From: Gemmatimonadota bacterium
GTDB taxonomy: Bacteria > Gemmatimonadota > Gemmatimonadetes > Gemmatimonadales > GWC2-71-9
Direction of reading: 5' to 3'
NCBI GenBank assembly: GCA_003222135.1
Contig: QHUM01000052.1
Coordinates: forward strand, 5,335-69,334
Length of the DNA stretch: 64,000 nucleotides
This document shows positions 18,080-25,116 of this stretch, in pieces (the stretch's first letter is position 1; the number at the start of each line of letters is the position of its first letter). A model generated the notes under the pieces. The model had not been told where the DNA came from. It worked only from the letters and a program-made list of their open reading frames with translations, and did no database searches. Both the position numbers and the translations under genes were made by a program.

Positions 18080-20382
18080 GGACCTCCGATCCGGTCGAGC
18101 CAGAACTGGACGGCCAGATCGGTCAGGCTCCACAACTGCACGTCCGAGCTCGTCCCGTACCGCACCGGCAGGAGTCGCCCGTTCTCGATGCGGTAGCTCC
18201 ACAGCTCGGCGTGCCGCAGTCCCGAGCGATCCACCGCCGTGACGGTGCGCTGGAGCGCGTCACGTAATGGCGCGACGTCGGCACCGGACCGGGAGGGCGC
18301 CGCCGCGATCTGCTTCGCCAGGCCGGCGAGCAGCGCGTTCACGTCCCGACCCCACACGACGGTCGGCGAATGATACGGGTCCTGACGAAACCGCTCCCAC
18401 ACATCCCGCGACGCATAGGCGTCGTTGGCGACCAGCGGACCTAGATCGTCGACGAACAGCCCCCAGGGGTGCGGCCGCATGATCGGGCTCACGAGCTCGA
18501 GCGTCCGATCGCGACCGAGCGGCTCGAGCAGCAGCAGCATGGCCGGATCGGTGTTGACGATCGGGATCGGCCGGCCGTTCTCATCGAGCGAGAGGGCGAG
18601 GAACCGCAGCGTATCCCCGGGGATTCCGGTCCGCTGGACGACGGCGTCCCAGTACTCCCGGTCCGCCCGCGGCAGCCAGCGCAGCCGGTCCGCGACCGGA
18701 CGCCCGACGTCGCCGACCGCGACCCGGAAGTGCCGCTCGGCACCCCGCCACACGGCGATGGCGCGCTCGAGTGCCGCGCGATCGCGCACGAAGCTCCCGA
18801 GCGGCTCGTCGCGAATGGCCGGCGTCAGGCCGAGCTGTTTCAGGGCGTCGAGGATCGTCCCCACGGCCTCGAGCGCGTGCGGCACCCAGATGACGTTCAC
18901 ATCCATGGCGAACCGCCCGCCGCCGTAGCCGTCCCGGGAGTCGCGCCAGCTCGCGGAGATCCACCGGCCCTCGGCATCCCGGGGAAACCCGACCAGATTC
19001 GTCGCCACCGGGTTGCGGGTGTACGCGGCTGCCTGCCGCGTCACGTACGCGAGGTTCGAGACGAGCCGCTGGAGGTGGCGCTCCTCGAGCAGAAACGCGC
19101 GCTTACGCGCGGCCGGCACCCGCTGGTCGCTCAAGTAGCGGGCCGCGACCACCGGCAGCTGGAAGTCGTCGTCCACCATCACGTAGTTCTCGCGCACCGC
19201 CTGCAGGTCCTTGAGCACCGCTCGGGCCTGCGCCACCTGTCCGGCGTCGAGCAGCCGGTTGTACTCGGACGCATGCTCGCGGATCGCCTGGCCGCCGAGC
19301 GCCTCCTCGTGGCTCACGTCGCCCGTGGACGAGAGCTTGCGCAGCGCGCTGGCGATGACGTGCTCCGGCATCGCCGGCGCCCACACCGGCTCCATCAGCA
19401 GGGCGGTCATCAACATGTCGCGGCCGAAGTAGGTCGCGAAGTTCGGCAGCCCCGCCATCAGCTTCTCGCGCGAGCACAGCAGCTCCATGCCGCGCACCTC
19501 GCGCTCGAGCCGCCGGAACCGATCGGGGTGGGCCGAATCGCCGCGGACGGTCTCGGCAAAGTGGCGGAAGTCGTCGTTGAACATCTCGGTGCGGGAGAGC
19601 GGCGTCAGGGCGGCGGCGTCGGTGGTCACACGGACCGTGAAGCGGACGAGGCCGCCGGCGGGCCGGCGGATCGTGATGGTGCGTCCCGTGACTGCGGCCA
19701 CCGTCTCCCGGGCGTCGCCTTCCAGCGCGAGCCAGAGGTGGCTCTTGCCGTCGAAGCTCACCTGCTCGACCCGCACCACCCAGACCGTGTCGCCGCGCTG
19801 CGCGGTGATCCGCGGCAGGAGCCGCGCGCGCAGCGCCTCCAGGCTCGTCACGCCGAGCAGGGACAGATGGCGCGCGCGCTCGGCGGACCGCAACTTCGCG
19901 ATATGGTCGATCAGCTGCGACAGCTCCGCCTGCGGAAACGGCACGGCGTCGAGCGGCAGGGAGTCGCGCCTCGCGTACTGCAGATCGCGCTCCACCCGCA
20001 TAGAGCCGAGCAGGAAGAGACCGAGCGTGACGGAGGACGGGGTTTCCAGACCATAGGACACCGACCGGGTCTGTCCCGACGCACCCACGATGGCCCCGCC
20101 CGAGCTCCAGGCGAGCTCGGCCGGCGTGCCGGCCGAGTCGCGGGCGGTGAAGCCGGCGCTCTCGTTGACCGCGTCGGCCCAGAGGTGCACCACACGTCCC
20201 TTGCTGCGATTCAGATAGACCTGGAAGGCGTTCCCGCTGGCGTCCCGATACACCCGCGTCTCGTAGCCCTCGTACGCGGCCGGGTCGTCGAGTCCCGGCT
20301 CGGGGAAGGAGAGATATGGTGGAACCGTGTCCACGGGCGGGGCGCTCTGGACCACGAGCAGCAGCAACTTGAGCAGGGTCAT
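18076..20382 (-). CDS. Secreted hypothetical protein, possibly (alpha/alpha)6-barrel glycosidase-like (GDE_C-like)
   Basis: ATG 20382 gives MTLLKLLLLVVQSAPP (signal). The internal GLPNFATYFGRDMLMTALLMEPVW resembles the xFGRD motif of amylo-alpha-1,6-glucosidase/GH63-like barrels. The CDS is well supported by length and composition, but the function is a weak guess. Confidence 0.55.
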   Translation of the reverse strand: MTLLKLLLLVVQSAPPVDTVPPYLSFPEPGLDDPAAYEGYETRVYRDASGNAFQVYLNRSKGRVVHLWADAVNESAGFTARDSAGTPAELAWSSGGAIVGASGQTRSVSYGLETPSSVTLGLFLLGSMRVERDLQYARRDSLPLDAVPFPQAELSQLIDHIAKLRSAERARHLSLLGVTSLEALRARLLPRITAQRGDTVWVVRVEQVSFDGKSHLWLALEGDARETVAAVTGRTITIRRPAGGLVRFTVRVTTDAAALTPLSRTEMFNDDFRHFAETVRGDSAHPDRFRRLEREVRGMELLCSREKLMAGLPNFATYFGRDMLMTALLMEPVWAPAMPEHVIASALRKLSSTGDVSHEEALGGQAIREHASEYNRLLDAGQVAQARAVLKDLQAVRENYVMVDDDFQLPVVAARYLSDQRVPAARKRAFLLEERHLQRLVSNLAYVTRQAAAYTRNPVATNLVGFPRDAEGRWISASWRDSRDGYGGGRFAMDVNVIWVPHALEAVGTILDALKQLGLTPAIRDEPLGSFVRDRAALERAIAVWRGAERHFRVAVGDVGRPVADRLRWLPRADREYWDAVVQRTGIPGDTLRFLALSLDENGRPIPIVNTDPAMLLLLEPLGRDRTLELVSPIMRPHPWGLFVDDLGPLVANDAYASRDVWERFRQDPYHSPTVVWGRDVNALLAGLAKQIAAAPSRSGADVAPLRDALQRTVTAVDRSGLRHAELWSYRIENGRLLPVRYGTSSDVQLWSLTDLAVQFWLDRIGGP

Positions 20383-20468
20383 CCGAAAATCGTACGGCCT
20401 ACAGGGACGTTGCGCCACCCGCGTGGGCTCTTGACGGCTCGCGGCGCCCCGGCGATTCTAGCCGCCGA

Positions 20469-20526
20469 AGCGTGGTGTGCTTCAGCACAGTGCTGTGCCG
20501 AGCCCACGCTTCAGCGTGGGGAATCG
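20469..20526 (+). repeat. REP-like double-hairpin element, copy 2
   Basis: AGCGTGGTGTGC-TTCA-GCACAGTGCTGTGCCGAG-CCCACGC-TTCA-GCGTGGG-GAATCG. About 93% identical to copy 3. Lies in the 5' leader of the AhpD-like operon. Confidence 0.75.
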
Positions 20527-20554
20527 ACGTCTGGACGGAGGTGGTGGTCTCGAC

Positions 20555-20896
20555 ATGCGTGAGCTGAGCGGGCGGTACGCCACTTTCACACAGCGACTGA
20601 TCGACAGCGTGCTGGGCGCGCCGGGCGACACGTCGAGCGAGCAGCGTCGCGCCGCGCTGGCGCGTGCGGCGCGGCCCGGCGGGCCGGCGGACGGCCTGGC
20701 GGCCCCGCTCGGGCGCTACGTCGACACTGTGGCCCGCCACGCCTACAAGCTCACGGACGACGACGTCGCCGCCCTGCAACGCGCGGGCAACTCGGAAGAC
20801 GCGATCTTCGAGATCACGGTTTCTGCGGCACTGGGCGCCGCGCTCGGCCGGCTCGAGCGCGGGCTGGCCGCGCTCCGCGGCGAGGAGCCGGACTGA
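20555..20896 (+). CDS. Small AhpD/CMD-like helical protein (no Cys)
   Basis: ATG 20555 is preceded by GGAGGTGG. 113 aa with ...VARHAYKLTDDDVAALQRAGNSEDAIFEITVSAALGAALGRL, resembling the C-terminal half of CMD-family proteins. Its stop overlaps the next ATG (TGATG at 20894-20898). Confidence 0.6.
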   Translation: MRELSGRYATFTQRLIDSVLGAPGDTSSEQRRAALARAARPGGPADGLAAPLGRYVDTVARHAYKLTDDDVAALQRAGNSEDAIFEITVSAALGAALGRLERGLAALRGEEPD

Positions 20897-21483
20897 TGCG
20901 TCTCCGTGCGGTCGAGCACCGCCATCGCCTGCCGCAGCGGCTCAAGCTCATGCTCATCCGGCTGGTGAGCGCGCGTCGCGTGCCCGACGTCGTCAAGACG
21001 TTGCTCTACCGGCCGGAATTCTTCGGCCGGCCGATGTGCGCCTGGACGCAGGCGGTCATGCGCGGGCCGTCGACGTGGAGCGTCGGCGAGCGGGAGCTGT
21101 TTGCCGCGTTCACGTCGCGCCTGAACCAATGTCTGTTCTGAACCGGTGCCCACGGCGCGGTCGCGTCGCTGGCCCTGAAAGACGCCCCGCTCGTCGAGGC
21201 GGTGCTGACCGATTGGCGCACCGCCCCGGTCGATCCCAAGGTCCGAGCCGCCCTCGGCTTTCTGGAGAAGCTCACGCTCGCCCCGGCGGACGTGCGGCCG
21301 GCGGATGTGGAGCTCCTCCGCGTCGCCGGCGTGAGCGATGAGGGCATCGAGGACGCGATTCAGGTCTGCGTGCTGTTCAATATCTACGACCGCCTCGCCG
21401 ATTCGCTCAGCTTCCATCTGCCTGGCCCCGACGGTTACGCGGCGTCGGGACGCTCCCTCATGAAGCGCGGGTACGTGCTCTAG
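20896..21483 (+). CDS. AhpD/carboxymuconolactone-decarboxylase-family (COG2128-type) protein with in-frame TGA at 21139-21141: candidate CxxU selenoprotein (alternative: nonsense pseudogene)
   Basis: Track ORFs 20896-21141 and 21202-21483 share a frame and are separated by one TGA only. The read-through product (195 aa) contains ...GERELFAAFTSRLNQCLF[TGA]TGAHGAV..., matching the family CxxCxxxH signature with TGA in place of the second Cys. Confidence 0.6.
21150..21172 (+). other. SECIS-like hairpin downstream of the in-frame UGA
   Basis: CCA-CGGCGC-[GGTC]-GCGTCG-(C)-TGG: 9 bp including one G-U pair and one bulged C. The GGUC tetraloop starts 17 nt after the UGA. Confidence 0.45.
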
Positions 21484-21484
21484 C

Positions 21485-21541
21485 AGCGTGTTGTGCTTCA
21501 GCACAGCGCTGTGCCGAGCCCACGCTTCAGTGTGGGAATCG
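21485..21541 (+). repeat. REP-like double-hairpin element, copy 3
   Basis: AGCGTGTTGTGC-TTCA-GCACAGCGCTGTGCCGAG-CCCACGC-TTCA-GTGTGGG-AATCG. It starts 1 nt after the AhpD-like stop (21481-21483). The stop of the convergent 1184-aa gene (21527-21529) is the TCA of the second loop. Confidence 0.75.
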
Positions 21542-24500
21542 GTTCGAGGTTTCCAGGATGGCCCGGTGCCGCACCACGCGCCGCGTGTTGTAGGTCTCCA
21601 GGTACCGCGTGTGCGCCGCGTCGCTGGGATATCCCTCGTCCGCGCCGTAGGGATAGCGCGACATGCCGTGGAACGGCAGCGGGTCGACGGTCGCGCCTGC
21701 AGCGGTGTTCCGGTCGGAGTCCTTGAGCCACGCGTCGGTATACAGGAGGAAGTCACGCGTCCAGCCCTGGGGCAGCTGGGGTGCGGCGCTCGCGTCGAAC
21801 GTCAGCGTGGTCTCGTCTCCGGGCGCGATGATCACGTACATGTCGTCGGGCACGCGCACCAGCGGCAGGACGTCGCCGTAGCGCGTGAACCGGCCCACGA
21901 TCGGCTCCCACGGCGACTCGCGGGACAGGTCCTCGTAGACGGCCCATTGCGGTCCGTAACGCCCGCCCTTGCGGTACAGTCGCGAGAAGCCGCGGTAGTG
22001 GAGATCGGCCTTGACGGGATCGAGCGTGGTGATCGATGCGGCGCTCTCCGGGGAGTGGCTCGCGGCGGCGACGAAGGCTTGGTCCCAGTAAATCTCCATG
22101 TTCGTGCGGATGCGCACGCGATGGTCGGCACTCAGGAACTTCCCCGTCAGGTCGACGATCACCGTCTTGTTCTTACCCGACGGGAACGGCACATCGGCCA
22201 CGCGGCGCCACACACTCTGGCGATCCTTCACGTCCAGGTACGGGAAGATGACACCGGGTTTCCCCGACTGGGCCAAGGCGATGTTGATACTGGCGTCGGT
22301 CGGGTAGATCCACCCCGCGAGGAATAGGTAGACGCTGTCGCTCTCCAGGCCCTTCAGGTCGCCCAAGTCGAGAATGAGGTCGTGGAGCGTGGCCAGTCCC
22401 TGGTAGCGCGTGAGCGTGAGCGGCGCCACGTAGCGGTCATCGCGCGCGCGCAGGGCAGGGAGCCAGTCGGTACCGTGCTCGTCGGTCGCGGAGACCGGCG
22501 GCCGGGGGTGCGAGACGGGGAACAGCCGCAGCGCCGCGGGCCCCGGGGCGGGCGGCACGAACCCCTCGTCCACGTACACTTCACCCGAGTCCGGGTGATC
22601 CACCGCGAGCAGCTTCACCTGGTCGAGATAGGCGGTCTCCCACAGCTCCTCGGTGATCTGTACGATGTAGCGGCCGTCTTGCGGCACGAGCGCGCGGCCC
22701 GGGATCCGCATGTATTCTCGCGAGGCGTGCGGCGGCGCGGACGCGATATCGGTGCCCCCCCCGCTGGCCATGATGCCGAGCGGCATGCCGAGCGCGCTGC
22801 GCCACATCACGTCCGTCACGAACCGGAAGGCCGTGCCGTCCCAGGCGTACAGAAACGGGCATGACCCCTTGAGGATCTGCTGCTCGAGGATGTCCGCGTC
22901 GGTCCCCGGGTAGTAGACCGTCTGCGCGACTCCGTTGGGCCACCGCACGCGCAGCACGTCGGCCTTGACGCGTTGGCCCAGCCCGAAGTGCGTCACGGGA
23001 CCCGTCACGACGCGCGACTGGTACAGCTTACCCGCCCGCAGCTCGAGCGTCGCGCCGATGCCGAAGCGGTTGTTCTTGCCGTTCCCCGTCCGCAGGGCGG
23101 CGAGCTCGACCTTCACGTACTGGTTCGCGTTGCCGCCGTCGTTCAAGAGCAGCCGCGGTCGACCGTCGTCTCCTACGACGATCAAATCCAAGTCGCCGTC
23201 GCGATCGTAGTCCACTGCGGCGACGCGGCGGGCGGCGTGCAGGTCGTCCGGCAGAATCGACGAGTGATCCGTGAAACGACCGGTCTGGTCGTTCCGGAAC
23301 AGGTAGACACCGCGCGCTCCCGGCTTGGTTGGCGCGCCGACGACCACCAGATCCAGGAAGCCGTCGTTGTCGAAATCGCAGAAGACAGCGGCGCGCGCCG
23401 CGAGGGTGCGCAGCGCCGCGAACGCGGCGCTGCGGCGATCGGGTTCGAAGGTCCCGTCCCCGCGGTTGTGGTAGAGGACGGGGACCATTCCGCCCGGCGC
23501 AGCGACAAACAGGTCGAGGAACCCGTCGTTATCGTAGTCGCCGACCGCGACCGCCGCGGCGTGGCCCTGCGCTCCGCCTTGCGTCAGGCCGCTCGCCGCG
23601 GTCGCATCCTCGAAGCGGCCCTGTCCGGCGTTCCGGAACAGCGTGAGCCGCTCGTCGTTTCCCACGACGACCAGGTCCACGAGTCCGTCGCCGTCCAAGT
23701 CGCCGAAGGCGGCGTCGCGGGTGCCCCCGACGCTTGCCAGGCCCATCGGGCCGGCCATTTCCCGGAATTGCCCGTTCGGGACGTTACGGTACAGCCGATT
23801 CCCGGCGGGCGTGGCGAGGAACAGGTCCAAGTCGCCATCGTGATCCAGATCCACGAACAGCGCGGTCGCGGCCGGCGGGGCGCCACTCAGGCCGGCGGCG
23901 GCGGTGACGTCTGTGAACGTCGAGTCGCCGCTGTTGCGGAACAGGGCGCCGCCGCCCGTAGTCGCCACGTACAGGTCGGGCCGCCCGTCGTTGTCGTAGT
24001 CACCGAACGTCGCGCCGACCGCCCGATCGCGCAGCCGGATGCCGGCGCGGGTGGTCGTTTCGGTGGCGTGTGCCAGCTCGTTGTGGAACAGGTGTCCCGC
24101 GACGAACACATCCTCCGCGCCGTCGCCGTCGTAATCGCCGGTCGCGAGCGCCACGTCGCCGGTGGTATCAGGGAGCGGCGGCAAGCCGCCCAAGCCAACC
24201 GTGGTCGTCACGTCGCTGAAACGGATCGCCGCCGCGATGGTGCGCGCGTCCTGCGCGGGCGGCGTGATGACCGGGTTGAACGTGAGGATCGGGTAGCCGG
24301 GCGGCGCGCCGGTCGCGCCCCGCAGCTTCTCGAGGCTCGCCTGGTAGGGCGCCGTGGTTTCCATGAAGCGATGGAACGTCGCGGCGGGCGCGGCCGCGGC
24401 GGCGGCGCGACCGGCGCGCGCCAGGGCGAGGGCCTGCTGGAAGAACCGATTGGCCTCACGCGGCAGCTCGGGGAGCTGCCGCTCGAGCGCCTCCAGGTGC

Positions 24501-25081
24501 GCGGCTGCCGAGTCCGCTGCGCTACGCGTGAGCAGTACGTCCACGAGCTCGAGCCGGGCCGCCACGTTGCCGGGCGCGCGCTGCACGATCCGCCGGAGGT
24601 AGGTCTCCTTGGCCGCGGGGTCGAGCGCCACCAGCTCGTACAGCGCGCGGAGGTCGTCGGCACTGTGGCGCAGCACCCGATCCACCTCGCGGCGCGCCTC
24701 GGCCGTGCGGCCGGTGAGCTCGTAGACTTTGGCGAGCGTCAGGGCGATGTCGTCGCTCGTGGTGTCCAGGGCCGCCGCGCGTCGGATCTCCTGCTCGGCC
24801 CGGTCGTAGCGGCCCAATCGCAGATGCACCAGGCCAAGATTCGCGTAGCCCAGCGCCTGATCGGGCGCCAGCGCGACGATCTTCGCGAACGCGGTTTCTG
24901 CCTGGGCGAACTGCTGGCTCCGCAGGTAGGCGAGGCCGAGCGTCCGCGCGGTGAGGATGGCGGCATCGCGCTCAAGGCCCGCCCCCGGCGCCGGCTCCCG
25001 CTCGCGGCAGTTGACGAGGAGCAGCGTCGTCGCGACGCCGAGACACTTCAGGGCATTTGGGATCATGGAGGCAGGCAACAT
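21527..25081 (-). CDS. TPR + FG-GAP/VCBS repeat + ASPIC/UnbV protein with a C-terminal extension of about 480 aa of unknown function
   Basis: N-terminal TPR-like helices (LGLAYLRSQQFAQAETAFAKIVALAPDQALGYANLGLVHLRLGRYDRAEQ). Multiple FG-GAP units follow (GDYDGDGAEDVFV, GDYDNDGRPDLYV, VDLDHDGDLDLFL, GDLDGDGLVDLVV, GDYDNDGFLDLFV, CDFDNDGFLDLVV, VDYDRDGDLDLIV). UnbV_ASPIC-like block NRFGIGATLELRAG...VRWPNGV, then SCPFLYAWDG... through to the end. Start is ATG 25081 (MLPASMIPNALKCLGVATTLLLVNC) or GTG 25111. Confidence 0.85.
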   Translation of the reverse strand: MLPASMIPNALKCLGVATTLLLVNCREREPAPGAGLERDAAILTARTLGLAYLRSQQFAQAETAFAKIVALAPDQALGYANLGLVHLRLGRYDRAEQEIRRAAALDTTSDDIALTLAKVYELTGRTAEARREVDRVLRHSADDLRALYELVALDPAAKETYLRRIVQRAPGNVAARLELVDVLLTRSAADSAAAHLEALERQLPELPREANRFFQQALALARAGRAAAAAAPAATFHRFMETTAPYQASLEKLRGATGAPPGYPILTFNPVITPPAQDARTIAAAIRFSDVTTTVGLGGLPPLPDTTGDVALATGDYDGDGAEDVFVAGHLFHNELAHATETTTRAGIRLRDRAVGATFGDYDNDGRPDLYVATTGGGALFRNSGDSTFTDVTAAAGLSGAPPAATALFVDLDHDGDLDLFLATPAGNRLYRNVPNGQFREMAGPMGLASVGGTRDAAFGDLDGDGLVDLVVVGNDERLTLFRNAGQGRFEDATAASGLTQGGAQGHAAAVAVGDYDNDGFLDLFVAAPGGMVPVLYHNRGDGTFEPDRRSAAFAALRTLAARAAVFCDFDNDGFLDLVVVGAPTKPGARGVYLFRNDQTGRFTDHSSILPDDLHAARRVAAVDYDRDGDLDLIVVGDDGRPRLLLNDGGNANQYVKVELAALRTGNGKNNRFGIGATLELRAGKLYQSRVVTGPVTHFGLGQRVKADVLRVRWPNGVAQTVYYPGTDADILEQQILKGSCPFLYAWDGTAFRFVTDVMWRSALGMPLGIMASGGGTDIASAPPHASREYMRIPGRALVPQDGRYIVQITEELWETAYLDQVKLLAVDHPDSGEVYVDEGFVPPAPGPAALRLFPVSHPRPPVSATDEHGTDWLPALRARDDRYVAPLTLTRYQGLATLHDLILDLGDLKGLESDSVYLFLAGWIYPTDASINIALAQSGKPGVIFPYLDVKDRQSVWRRVADVPFPSGKNKTVIVDLTGKFLSADHRVRIRTNMEIYWDQAFVAAASHSPESAASITTLDPVKADLHYRGFSRLYRKGGRYGPQWAVYEDLSRESPWEPIVGRFTRYGDVLPLVRVPDDMYVIIAPGDETTLTFDASAAPQLPQGWTRDFLLYTDAWLKDSDRNTAAGATVDPLPFHGMSRYPYGADEGYPSDAAHTRYLETYNTRRVVRHRAILETSNRFPH

Positions 25082-25116
25082 CGTCCGATCCTTGCCGGGG
25101 GACAAGGCCACGCGAT

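Noticed and set aside
21142-21201. Treating 20896-21141 and 21202-21483 as two independent small genes (81 aa and 93 aa).
   Set aside because: They share a frame and are separated only by one TGA. The conserved CxxCxxxH signature spans the junction, and the 60 nt between them encode family-typical sequence (TGAHGAVASLALKDAPLVEAV). The remaining choice is selenoprotein versus pseudogene, not two genes.
20469-21541. Direct repeats flanking the AhpD-like operon, considered as an IS element or transposon.
   Set aside because: There is no transposase or integrase, no terminal inverted repeats and no obvious target-site duplication. The repeats belong to a REP-like family with a third copy elsewhere, so I kept it only as a cassette hypothesis.
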